Source: Candidatus Falkowbacteria bacterium GW2011_GWF2_43_32
GTDB lineage: Bacteria; Patescibacteriota; Patescibacteriia; Patescibacteriales; UBA12465
Direction of reading: 5' to 3'
Assembly: GCA_000999715.1 (NCBI GenBank)
Contig: LCGL01000001.1
Coordinates: forward strand, 323,139 to 387,138
Length of the DNA stretch: 64,000 nucleotides
The notes under the pieces were generated by a model that made no database searches, had not been told where the DNA came from, and was given only the letters and a program-made list of their open reading frames with translations. Shown here one piece after another: positions 6,747-15,663 of the stretch (positions are counted from its first letter, which is position 1; every line of letters starts with the position of its first letter). The translations under genes and the position numbers were made by a program.

Positions 6747-6838
6747 TTAATTTGTCTTCCCACTAGGGGGTAACAAGACCAAAACAAAAAATAACCCCAA
6801 TCCGCCAGCCGGCGGAGGAGTTATTTTCGCTAATATTA

Positions 6839-7057
6839 GGGTGCCTACTGGGAGTATCTCACTCAGCCGCCGCCGGAAACGCGGCGGCTTCGCTCGTCCT
6901 GGGTTGGCGCCGAGCCCTGCGCCAGCTCGGGTTCGTCGACGCTCGTCCGCTCATTTCGGCTTCCGCCTCAACTCGCGTCTCGCTTCCAACCTGTTCAACT
7001 TCCCGGCTAACGCCGACAGTAATAAAAGAACGCGCAAATGCGCGTTTTTTTATTACT
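6839..7057 (-). repeat. tRNA-His trailer module: hairpin, inverted T-arm copy, GC-rich spacer, 17-bp repeat of the tRNA 3' end
   Basis: gggtgcctactgggagt occurs at 6839-6855 and again at 7058-7074 inside the tRNA (17/17). The hairpin is at 7018-7057. gttcaacttccc (6993-7004) is an inverted T-arm copy. The spacer at 6856-6992 is GC-rich. Confidence 0.85.
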
Positions 7058-7058
7058 G

Positions 7059-7130
7059 GGTGCCTACTGGGAGTTGAACCCAGACTATCGGGACCACAAC
7101 CCGACGTTCTACCGCTAAACTATAGGCACC
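7059..7130 (-). tRNA. tRNA-His (anticodon GUG) with encoded G-1
   Basis: Cloverleaf read by eye: GGTGCCTA acceptor including G-1:C73, anticodon stem TCGGG/CCCGA, loop TTGTGGT, T-arm TGGGTTCAACTCCCA. Confidence 0.85.
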
Positions 7131-7169
7131 ATGATTATATTTTAACGTATCTTTAACGATCGTTAAACG

Positions 7170-7241
7170 TACGCCCGGGGGGAGTCGAACCCTCATCTAG
7201 AGCTTAGAAGGCTCCCGTTCTATCCGTTGAACTACGGGCGC
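7170..7241 (-). tRNA. tRNA-Arg (anticodon UCU)
   Basis: Acceptor GCGCCCG/CGGGCGT, anticodon stem GGAGC/GCTCT, loop CTTCTAA, T-loop TTCGACT. Confidence 0.8.
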
Positions 7242-7363
7242 AAAAATAATCCGTAAAAAATAATTAGGAAATTTTCCTCCCTAATTATTGTCTTATATTA
7301 ATAAAAATATTCATTTTTGTCAAACTGCTAATAAATCATTATCTGTTTGCCGATAAGCCTCTT

Positions 7364-8173
7364 TTATTCTATCACTTCTCTTTGCCGTAAGACCTCAAAA
7401 ATAATGACCGCGGCCGCCACTGAAACATTGAGGGAGTCGATTCCCTTGTTCATCGGAATTTTAATCAGCTCGTCGGCGTCTTTCAACCACTTAGCACTTA
7501 AGCCTTCGGACTCCGATCCTAAAATAATCGCCGTCGGCCCGCTCAAATCAACTTGCGTATAATTTTTAGAAGCGCCGGTGGCCGCGCCAAAGCTTTTTAT
7601 TTTCTTTTCTTTCAACCATTTAATCGTTTCGACGATAGACGCGCTGACGACTTTTTCCGTAAAAACAAGTCCTTCGCTGGCTCTAATAACATTCGGATTA
7701 TAAATGTCCGTTTGATTGTCGTTAACAATCACCGCCGCCGCGCCGGCCGCATAGGCGGTTCGGATTATCGCCCCGAGGTTTCCCGGTTTTTCCACCGCCT
7801 CCAGAACAACAATTAATGGATTATCGTTTAGTCTGATGTCTTTAAAGGTCGTTTCTTTTGTTTCGGCAATCGCCAAAAATCCCTCCGGCTTTTCTTTATA
7901 TGAAATCTTATGAAAAGCCGATTCGGAAACTTCAATTATTTTTTCCGTAGCCACTCCGAAAAATTTATCGCTGTTCCCGACAGTGCCCTTTATCAAGCTC
8001 GGACAATAAAACAAATTATTGATTTTCAATCCGGCCTCAATCGCCAATTCAATTTCGCGCGCACCGTCAATAATAATCAAACCGCGAGTTTTTCTTTCGC
8101 CGGTCTTTTTAAGTCGCACCGCTTCCTTGATTGTCTGATTGCTCAGGCTATTTATTGTTTTCATAATTTTCAA
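7364..8173 (-). CDS. SpoU/TrmH-family RNA 2'-O-methyltransferase (RlmB-like)
   Basis: 269 aa. The C-terminal part has the SpoU motifs LEAVEKPGNLGAIIRTA, ILGSESEGLS and IPM.G.IDSLNVSVAAAV. Confidence 0.8.
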   Translation of the reverse strand: MKIMKTINSLSNQTIKEAVRLKKTGERKTRGLIIIDGAREIELAIEAGLKINNLFYCPSLIKGTVGNSDKFFGVATEKIIEVSESAFHKISYKEKPEGFLAIAETKETTFKDIRLNDNPLIVVLEAVEKPGNLGAIIRTAYAAGAAAVIVNDNQTDIYNPNVIRASEGLVFTEKVVSASIVETIKWLKEKKIKSFGAATGASKNYTQVDLSGPTAIILGSESEGLSAKWLKDADELIKIPMNKGIDSLNVSVAAAVIIFEVLRQREVIE

Positions 8174-8263
8174 ACTGCTTTTATTATATCAACAAACCCT
8201 CGGCATTACAAAAGCCCCCGAAAACTCGGGGGCCCTGAATAATCAAATTATAAAAACTAAATC

Positions 8264-8851
8264 TTATTTACTGCCCATAGCGCGAGTATAGGCGCTGGTA
8301 CCGACACTATAATTTTTATTACTTTTCTCCGGCAAATCGGCCAAGTCAACCTCAATGTCAACATATTTTTTAACGGAATCTAAAACCGAAAACATGTCCA
8401 CTTCTTTCCCCGAATTAAATAAGGTAATAGCATTTTTTAACACTCCAAAAGATTTGGCCCTTTTTTCTTCAACCAATTTTTCGCTACCCAGGGCTTTGCC
8501 GATGCCTTTTAAAATTCCACCCAAACCATGTTTAACTTCTTTTTCTTTGTCCGACCAAGCTTTAATTTTTTCTTTAATTTCGTTAAGCTTCAGCGCGGTC
8601 AATTCTCTGATTTTTTCCTTATCTTCGCCTTTTTCCTGACCGCCGATTTCCTTGATTTCTTCCCGTGTTTTTCCTAAACTTTGTTTTTCCGAGGCCGCAA
8701 TGGCCGCCGCTTGCTCTACGGAGCGATTATCCGCCGAAGAATCCGCTTCTAAAACCTCCGTCATTGTGGCCGAAAGATCTTTAGAAATCTCCTTTTCTTT
8801 GGAAGCTTCTTGGTTGCTAACGCCGGGCACTTTTTCAAAATTGTCTAACAT
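8264..8851 (-). CDS. hypothetical K/E-rich protein
   Basis: 195-aa ORF that is charged and probably coiled-coil. I recognised no family. Confidence 0.4.
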   Translation of the reverse strand: MLDNFEKVPGVSNQEASKEKEISKDLSATMTEVLEADSSADNRSVEQAAAIAASEKQSLGKTREEIKEIGGQEKGEDKEKIRELTALKLNEIKEKIKAWSDKEKEVKHGLGGILKGIGKALGSEKLVEEKRAKSFGVLKNAITLFNSGKEVDMFSVLDSVKKYVDIEVDLADLPEKSNKNYSVGTSAYTRAMGSK

Positions 8852-9054
8852 ATGCTTTTGATTATCTATAATAAGGCTTTTTCAAGCATTTTTAATAATG
8901 TTATTATAACACAAAACTCAAAAATAATCAAGAGCAACCAATTAAGCGCTTATTATGGCCCTAATATCAGCTAAAATTATTAAAAATTTCTAAAAAATCG
9001 ACTAAAATGATATAATAAAAAGGCTATTTTAAATTCTACCTCTTTAACTATTAT

Positions 9055-11844
9055 ATGCCTATTCCTCAGCTACGTTCAAGAAGTTACGGCTCTTGGCACA
9101 ATCAAAAAAATTATTCTCGCCCCAAAAATTCTCCTTTGATCCACCGCAAAAAGAAGCAAAAATTAATAAAAAAATTGATTTCCTTCGCCTTGGTGTCGGG
9201 GCTTTTCTTGCTAATTTTCGGATCAATTTATATTTCCTTGATTTCCCGTAATCTGCCTAACCCGAATGAATTGATTAACCGCGAGGTGGCACAAAGCACC
9301 AAAATATATGATCGCACCGGCGAACATGTTTTATATGAAATCAGCGGCGATCAAAAAAGAACTTTGGTCGCGCTTCAAGATATTCCCGACAACGTCAAGC
9401 AGGCAACAATCGCGATTGAGGACAAAAATTTTTATACTCACGGCGCTTTCAGCGTTTGGGCCATGTTTCGCACCGCCGTCACCAATGTTTTGTTTGGACG
9501 CAGTGCCGGCGGCTCCACCCTCACTCAACAATTTATAAAAAATGCCGTTCTGACTCCGGAAAAAACCATTACCAGAAAAATCAAAGAGTTGATTCTGGCT
9601 TATCGTCTGGAAAAGAAATTTTCCAAAGACGAAATCTTACAGATGTATTTAAATGAAATTCCTTACGGTTCCAACGCTTACGGCGTGGAAGCTGCCAGTC
9701 AAAAATACTTCGACAAGAATGTGAAAGATTTAGCTCTGGAAGAAGCGGCCATCTTGGCGGCTATAGTACAAATGCCGACCCGCTATTCTCCCTATGGCCC
9801 CAACAAGGACATTCTTTTGGGACGTAAAGATTATGTTTTAACTTTGCTGGCCGAACAAGGTTATATTTCCGAGCAAGAGCGCGATGAAGCGCAAAAAAAA
9901 GAAATAGTCTTCAAAAATCCGGGGACCAAAATTACCGCCCCCCATTTTGTCATGTACATAAAAGAAATTGTCGCCGAAAAATACGGCGAACAAATGGTTG
10001 AACAAGACGGTTTAAAAATTTATACCACCCTTGATCTTTACAAACAAAAAATTGCCGAAGAGGTTATCGCCGCACGTTCCGAAGATTATCCTAAAAAATA
10101 TAATGCCAATAACGCCGCCCTGATTTCTCTCGATCCCAAAACCGGACAAATTCTGGCCATGGTCGGTTCGCGAGATTATTTTGACGATTCCATCAACGGT
10201 CAGGTAAATGTCACCACGCGTCCCCGTCAACCGGGCTCTTCCATGAAGCCGATAGTATACGCCGCTTTATTTGAAAAAGGTTACACTCCAAACACAATTT
10301 TATATGATACTCTCACCAATTTCTCCACCAACAGCACCCCTTATTCTCCCCATAATTACGATGATAAAGAGCGTGGTCCGGTAACCGTTCGTCAGGCTCT
10401 GGCTGGCTCTTTAAATATCCCCGCTGTTAAAGCGATTTATTTAGCCGACATCAACACCGTTATCGATTTGGCTGAAAATATGGGCTACACCACTCTTTAT
10501 CCGCGCAATCGCTTCGGGCTCTCGTTGGTATTGGGCGGCGGAGAAGTTAAACTTTTGGAACATACAAACGCCTATAGTGCCTTCGCCCGCGACGGTCAAA
10601 TCAGCGCTGTAACGGGAATTTTGAAAATTGAAGACAAAAACGGCCGCATTATTGAAGAATACCGGGCGACCGAAAAAAAGGCTTTGAGTTCCAAGGTCGC
10701 CAGAATGATTAACAATGTTTTATCGGACAATCAGGCGCGCGCCTATATTTTCGGCGAAAAAAACTACCTGACGCTAGGTAATCGGCCGGTAGCCGCCAAA
10801 ACCGGTACCACCAACGACTATCATGATGCTTGGACGATTGGTTACACCCCTTCGTTGGTAACGGGCGTCTGGGTGGGCAACAGCGACAATAAAGCGATGA
10901 CCGGACGTGCCGACGGCAGTATTTTAGCCGCTCCCATTTGGCACGATTTTATGGACAAAGTTTTAGGCGACACCCCACAGGAAACATTCAAAGAACCGGA
11001 AGACTATAAAACCGGAAAACCTGTTTTAGACGGAGAAGTTTCCCTGGGACAAAACGGCTCGCCGATTCATCACAGCATTCTTTATTACGTGAATAAAGAT
11101 GATCCTCTTGGTTCAACACCAAATAACCCCGATAAAGATCCGCAATTTACCGCTTGGGAAAATTCTGTTCAAGAATGGGCAAATAAAAACGCCACTTCTT
11201 CTCCGGACGGCTCCGGCAACGGCGAGTTTAATGTCCCGGAAAACCTTCCGACGCTTAAAATAGATTCCCCGACAGCCAACGAAACCATTACCGTCAGCGA
11301 ACTAAAAATATCTTTAACGGCGGACGCGCCGCGTGGCATCAACCGGACGGAATATTATATTAACGGCAACCTCTGGGAATCTCGTTGGAATCACCCGGAA
11401 CCGTTTATTAAAGAAATAAATTTTTTAAATAACGGTTATCATTCTCTCCGGGTCAAGGTTTGCGATGATGTTAAAAATTGCCGCGAAGAAGAAATTAACT
11501 TTAATCTTTTAATAAAAAATAATCCGGTCAGTGCCGGAAAAAATTCTCTTATTCTGTCCGGTCTAACGACCGGAGTGGCCGCCACCGCCCTTGATTTTCC
11601 TCTCGCCCTGGAATTGCAAATTGCCAAGCCGGAACGTGTGGCTGAAATCCGTTTATTTTCCAGAAATTCCGATACCGGCGAAGTTCTTCTTATCGGCGAA
11701 TTTGCCGGACCGTTCGGACAAACAATTTCTACCGATACGGGGCCGGCTCCGGCCGTCGGCTCTTACGCCGTTTATGGAGAACTCAAAGATTGGAACGGAG
11801 AAACGATAACCAGTAATGAAATAAAAATAACCGTCAGCCAATAA
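9055..11844 (+). CDS. class A penicillin-binding protein (PBP1A-type transglycosylase/transpeptidase) with a C-terminal extension
   Basis: 929 aa with an N-terminal TM segment. GT51 motifs are EDKNFYTHGAFS and RKIKELILAYRLE. Transpeptidase motifs are SSMKP and KTGTT. Confidence 0.9.
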   Translation: MPIPQLRSRSYGSWHNQKNYSRPKNSPLIHRKKKQKLIKKLISFALVSGLFLLIFGSIYISLISRNLPNPNELINREVAQSTKIYDRTGEHVLYEISGDQKRTLVALQDIPDNVKQATIAIEDKNFYTHGAFSVWAMFRTAVTNVLFGRSAGGSTLTQQFIKNAVLTPEKTITRKIKELILAYRLEKKFSKDEILQMYLNEIPYGSNAYGVEAASQKYFDKNVKDLALEEAAILAAIVQMPTRYSPYGPNKDILLGRKDYVLTLLAEQGYISEQERDEAQKKEIVFKNPGTKITAPHFVMYIKEIVAEKYGEQMVEQDGLKIYTTLDLYKQKIAEEVIAARSEDYPKKYNANNAALISLDPKTGQILAMVGSRDYFDDSINGQVNVTTRPRQPGSSMKPIVYAALFEKGYTPNTILYDTLTNFSTNSTPYSPHNYDDKERGPVTVRQALAGSLNIPAVKAIYLADINTVIDLAENMGYTTLYPRNRFGLSLVLGGGEVKLLEHTNAYSAFARDGQISAVTGILKIEDKNGRIIEEYRATEKKALSSKVARMINNVLSDNQARAYIFGEKNYLTLGNRPVAAKTGTTNDYHDAWTIGYTPSLVTGVWVGNSDNKAMTGRADGSILAAPIWHDFMDKVLGDTPQETFKEPEDYKTGKPVLDGEVSLGQNGSPIHHSILYYVNKDDPLGSTPNNPDKDPQFTAWENSVQEWANKNATSSPDGSGNGEFNVPENLPTLKIDSPTANETITVSELKISLTADAPRGINRTEYYINGNLWESRWNHPEPFIKEINFLNNGYHSLRVKVCDDVKNCREEEINFNLLIKNNPVSAGKNSLILSGLTTGVAATALDFPLALELQIAKPERVAEIRLFSRNSDTGEVLLIGEFAGPFGQTISTDTGPAPAVGSYAVYGELKDWNGETITSNEIKITVSQ

Positions 11845-11853
11845 AACTATAAC

Positions 11854-12978
11854 TTATTGTCCGATAGGCATAACGATATAAAGATAGTTATTGTCTTTTT
11901 CCGGTTTTAATAAAAACGGTTGTTTGTCGTTAAGAAGTCCGATTTTAACACGATCGTCATCAATATTATTTAGGCCGTCAAGTAAATAGCGGAAATTAAT
12001 GGTAATCTCGTTATCGCCACCGCTTACTTCCGCGGCCACTTCTATCTGACTTTCTCCGCTTGCCCCGGAAGACGCGGAAACGATAACTTTATTTTTATTA
12101 AAATTCAAAGTGACATCATTAAGGCCGGTTTTGGAAAACAGGGCGGCGGCTTTAACAGCGCGAAGTAGTTCTGTGCGTTCAATAATTGCCTCCATTTGGC
12201 TTTGCGCGGGAATGATTTGCTTATAGTCCGGATAATGACCGTTAACCAGACGGGAAATCAGACTAACCGAATCAATTGTAAATAAAATTTGATTATCGGA
12301 TAAATAAATTTTAATTTCCGGCGTTCCTTCGATATTACCGGAATCAAAATTATTTAAGATTCTCAATAATTCTTGAATCGTCTTGGCGGGAACAATAACT
12401 TTATGTTCTGCACTACTTTCATCTGCTAGAGCGGCAATTTCTTTTTCCGCCAAACGATAACTGTCCGTGGCCGCCAAACTTAGGCGGTTTTTAATAAAAG
12501 AAAACAAAACGCCGGTTAACTCTACCCTGTTTTCGCTGGTCGCGACCGCAAAAACAACGCTATTAAGGGCTCTCTTTAGGTCGTCCGCCTGACAAACATA
12601 GGGATTGTCTTTGGGAATGGTGGGGATTAAAGGAAATTCTTTGGCCTCCTCACCTTTTATTTTTGTTTTATAGTTTCCGCACTCAACCGCCAACTCGCTT
12701 TCTTTAACTTCAACTTTTACTTTTTCTCCGCTATTCAATAAATTAACATATTCGGTAATCAGTTTGGCGTCCACCGTAAACTGTCCGTCTTTTTCGATTT
12801 TTCCGCGAACCTGATGAACGACCCCAATTTCCAGGTTGGTGCTTACCAGTTCAATATTTCCTCCCTCGACTTTAATTAAAATATTATTAAGAATCGGAAG
12901 ATTAATATTCTTGGCGGTGGCATGACCGACAATATTTAAACCGCGTTTTAAATTTTCTTGTAAACCGATGAAACGCAT
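11854..12978 (-). CDS. dnaN: DNA polymerase III beta sliding clamp
   Basis: 374 aa located immediately downstream of dnaA. It has the typical MRF....L...L start and the three-domain length of a sliding clamp. Confidence 0.9.
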   Translation of the reverse strand: MRFIGLQENLKRGLNIVGHATAKNINLPILNNILIKVEGGNIELVSTNLEIGVVHQVRGKIEKDGQFTVDAKLITEYVNLLNSGEKVKVEVKESELAVECGNYKTKIKGEEAKEFPLIPTIPKDNPYVCQADDLKRALNSVVFAVATSENRVELTGVLFSFIKNRLSLAATDSYRLAEKEIAALADESSAEHKVIVPAKTIQELLRILNNFDSGNIEGTPEIKIYLSDNQILFTIDSVSLISRLVNGHYPDYKQIIPAQSQMEAIIERTELLRAVKAAALFSKTGLNDVTLNFNKNKVIVSASSGASGESQIEVAAEVSGGDNEITINFRYLLDGLNNIDDDRVKIGLLNDKQPFLLKPEKDNNYLYIVMPIGQ

Positions 12979-13241
12979 ATAGTTATAATTGTTATATTAT
13001 TTATTATATTAATTAATAATAACAATAAGGGAGTGGATAATTTTTACTTTTGGCGATTTTTTTAAAATTTATTAAGGATTTTTTAGATTTTCATGTTGAT
13101 AACTCTCGGGGCGTTTTGTTGATTACTTTTGACAACCGGTGGACAGAAAAAATATTTTTTAAGTTATTCACAAAACACTTTTTTTATCCACAAAGAAATT
13201 AACAAGATATCAACAAAATATTTGGTTAAAAACGGGCGGTT
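12979..13241. other. candidate oriC (DnaA-box cluster plus AT-rich tract) in the dnaA-dnaN intergenic region
   Basis: One perfect TTATCCACA lies at 13184-13192. Near-matches (8/9) are TTATTCACA at 13164-13172, aGTGGATAA at 13032-13040 and TGTtGATAA at 13094-13102. The tract at 12979-13030 is almost pure A/T. Confidence 0.6.
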
Positions 13242-14630
13242 TTAATAAGCGGCGGTAAATAACTGTCGGATAGAATCTACCTCTTGCTTTATCTTTTTGT
13301 TTTCCAACTCTTTTATTTCTTGGGAAATTTTGTTGTAAGAGTGCATGGCGGTGGTGTGGTCGCGCCCGCCCAGTTCGGCTCCGATTGCCGGATAAGACGT
13401 TCCCAGCTCTTCTCTAATCAAGAAAATGGCGATTTGTCTGGGCCAAACCAACTCCTTTTTGCGACTTTCCCCGGTCAGATCTTTATAATTTAAATTATAA
13501 AATTTGGCGGTTGTTTCAATAATTTCTTTGGGAGTCAGGGACCTTAATTGAATATTGGAAACATAGTCATTAAGAATCTCTTTGACCGTTTTAAGAGACG
13601 GAGACAATCCTTTAAATTGGTGCGAGGCAATAACCTTTGTTAAAGCTCCTTCCAGTTCTCGAATGTTGTTTTGAACGTGATCAGCAATGTAGGATAAGAT
13701 TTCTTTATCTAAAGGAAAGTTTTTTTCCAATGACTTTTTTTCTAAAATAGCAATTTTAGTTTCTATGTCCGGCTTGCCGATGTCGGCCACCATCCCCGAT
13801 TCAAACCGGGAAATCAGCCGTTTTTCAATCGCCGGCAAGGATTTTGGCGGACGATCGGAGGTCAAAACAATTTGCTTGTCGTTTTGTTGCAGTTCATTGA
13901 AGGTATGAAAGAATTCTTCTTGAGTTCCGTCTTTCCCACCCATAAATTGCACGTCGTCCACCAAAAGCAAGTCAACATTACGATAAAGATTTTTAAATTC
14001 TTTTGCTTTTCCGGTTTTTACGGCCTGGATATAATTATTGGTGAATTTTTCACTGGTGGTATATAATATTTTGTCACTGGTTTTGGCCACGACGCCGCCG
14101 ATCGCCTGAAGAAGATGGGTTTTTCCCAAGCCGACACCACCGTAAATAAACAAAGGGTTGTAAGATTTACCGAGATTTTCCGCCACAGCCAAGCAAGCGG
14201 CATGGGCCAACTCGTTGCCGCGTCCGACAATAAAATTTTCAAAGACATAGCGCGGATTTAGCCCGAAGCGGTTGCTTCCGCCATTCGATTCCCGAGAAAC
14301 GGAAGAATCGTTTTTAATCGTTTGAATGGGAGTCTCGATTTTTGTTTCACTTTTAGTCGCGAGAGGCGCTTGTCCGCCGCGTCGTAACTCGATTTTATAA
14401 ATAATTTCTTGGATCGGTTTTTTGGAAACGTTTTCCAGCGCACCGAGAATGTTTTTATGATATTTTTCCTCCAGCCATTTTTTTACAAAGGCGTTGGGAA
14501 CGCAAATAATGACTCGGTCATTTTCAAAAGAGGAAAGAAAGGTATCTTTAAACCAGGTAACAAAATTTGCTCGAGACAGCCCTATTTCAATTTCACCCAA
14601 AACGGCTTGCCATATTTGTTCGTTGGTCAT
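13242..14630 (-). CDS. dnaA: chromosomal replication initiator DnaA
   Basis: 462 aa with Walker A GGVGLGKTHL, the DDVQF box and the C-terminal DNA-binding motif GGRDHTT..H. Confidence 0.95.
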   Translation of the reverse strand: MTNEQIWQAVLGEIEIGLSRANFVTWFKDTFLSSFENDRVIICVPNAFVKKWLEEKYHKNILGALENVSKKPIQEIIYKIELRRGGQAPLATKSETKIETPIQTIKNDSSVSRESNGGSNRFGLNPRYVFENFIVGRGNELAHAACLAVAENLGKSYNPLFIYGGVGLGKTHLLQAIGGVVAKTSDKILYTTSEKFTNNYIQAVKTGKAKEFKNLYRNVDLLLVDDVQFMGGKDGTQEEFFHTFNELQQNDKQIVLTSDRPPKSLPAIEKRLISRFESGMVADIGKPDIETKIAILEKKSLEKNFPLDKEILSYIADHVQNNIRELEGALTKVIASHQFKGLSPSLKTVKEILNDYVSNIQLRSLTPKEIIETTAKFYNLNYKDLTGESRKKELVWPRQIAIFLIREELGTSYPAIGAELGGRDHTTAMHSYNKISQEIKELENKKIKQEVDSIRQLFTAAY

Positions 14631-14841
14631 AAGCGTGAAGTTGATAAGAATCCTTAATCGGAAAATATTAATAAATTTATAGTAGTCTAATTATATTAGA
14701 TAAACAAGTTCTTCACAAGTCGGAGTAATGTTTATAAGGTGTTGATAAGCGGGGGAAAACTATTTGGCGAGGTTTTAATCGGTTGACTTCGCCAAATAAA
14801 GGTGTTATGTTATAAAAATAATAAAGCATTTAATCATTAAT

Positions 14842-14979
14842 ATGCCCAAAAGAACTTATCAGCCCAATAAACGTCGCGCTAAAAAGAAACATGGTTTTAT
14901 CAAGAGAATGGAAACCAAGGACGGGCGCAAGGTTTTAAAACGTCGTCGTCAAAAAGGCCGTAAAAAAATAAGCAAATAA
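14842..14979 (+). CDS. rpmH: 50S ribosomal protein L34
   Basis: Own translation: [45 protein letters not shown]. This is the canonical L34 sequence and sits upstream of rnpA. It is too short for the ORF track. Confidence 0.95.
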   Translation: MPKRTYQPNKRRAKKKHGFIKRMETKDGRKVLKRRRQKGRKKISK

Positions 14980-14995
14980 GCTAGACAAGCGTCGC

Positions 14996-15340
14996 ATGCT
15001 TCCTAAAAACAAAAGAATTAGACTTAATAAAGATTTTGACCATACTTTTAAGACTGGTCAATCTTTTTATGGGCAAATTTTAGGCATTAAAGCGGCTAAA
15101 AACATTCTCCCCGGCAATCGCTTGGGAATTATTATTAATACGAAAGTTAGCAAAAAAGCTGTTGTCAGAAATCGTTTAAAACGGCAAATTAGAGAAATCG
15201 TTAAAAAAGAATTTTCTCTGCTGACAACCGGACATGACCTGGTTATTATCGTTTTTCCGCCAATAATAGATAAAAATTTTTTAGAAATTACCGCGGTCAT
15301 AAAAACCGGCTTAAAGCGTTTGGGCTTATATAAAGGATAA
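14996..15340 (+). CDS. rnpA: ribonuclease P protein component
   Basis: 114-aa basic protein in the conserved rpmH-rnpA-yidD-yidC order, with the RNR.KR..RE motif. Confidence 0.85.
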   Translation: MLPKNKRIRLNKDFDHTFKTGQSFYGQILGIKAAKNILPGNRLGIIINTKVSKKAVVRNRLKRQIREIVKKEFSLLTTGHDLVIIVFPPIIDKNFLEITAVIKTGLKRLGLYKG

Positions 15341-15358
15341 TTGGAATTGATTAACAGT

Positions 15359-15616
15359 ATGTTAAATTATATAAAGCACGGGCCCAGAAGATTGGTGGTT
15401 AAATTGATTAGAATTTATCAAAAAACCCTGTCCTTTGATCATGGCCCGTTAAAAGTTTATTATCCGCACGGTTTTTGTCGTTTTTCTCCCACCTGTTCCG
15501 ACTATGGGGCGGAAGCGATTACTAAATATGGCTTAATCAAGGGAGGGTTGATGGCTGGTTGGCGGATTTTACGTTGCAACCCCTGGAATAAGGGTGGACA
15601 CGATCCCGTAAAATAG
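15359..15616 (+). CDS. yidD: membrane protein insertion efficiency factor YidD
   Basis: Motifs CRF.PTCSDYG and [14 protein letters not shown] prefer the ATG at 15359 over the TTG at 15341 listed in the track. Confidence 0.85.
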   Translation: MLNYIKHGPRRLVVKLIRIYQKTLSFDHGPLKVYYPHGFCRFSPTCSDYGAEAITKYGLIKGGLMAGWRILRCNPWNKGGHDPVK

Positions 15617-15663
15617 ACAAGTTATTGAATTTATAATTTTAATACTCAAGCGAGAATAATCGT

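Noticed and set aside
6841-7077. 78-aa plus-strand ORF (MPTGSISLSRRRKRGG...)
   Set aside because: It starts and ends inside the two copies of the tRNA-His 3'-end repeat and runs antisense through the GC-rich spacer and hairpin. The Arg/Ser/Pro-rich composition is typical of a spurious frame in GC-rich DNA.
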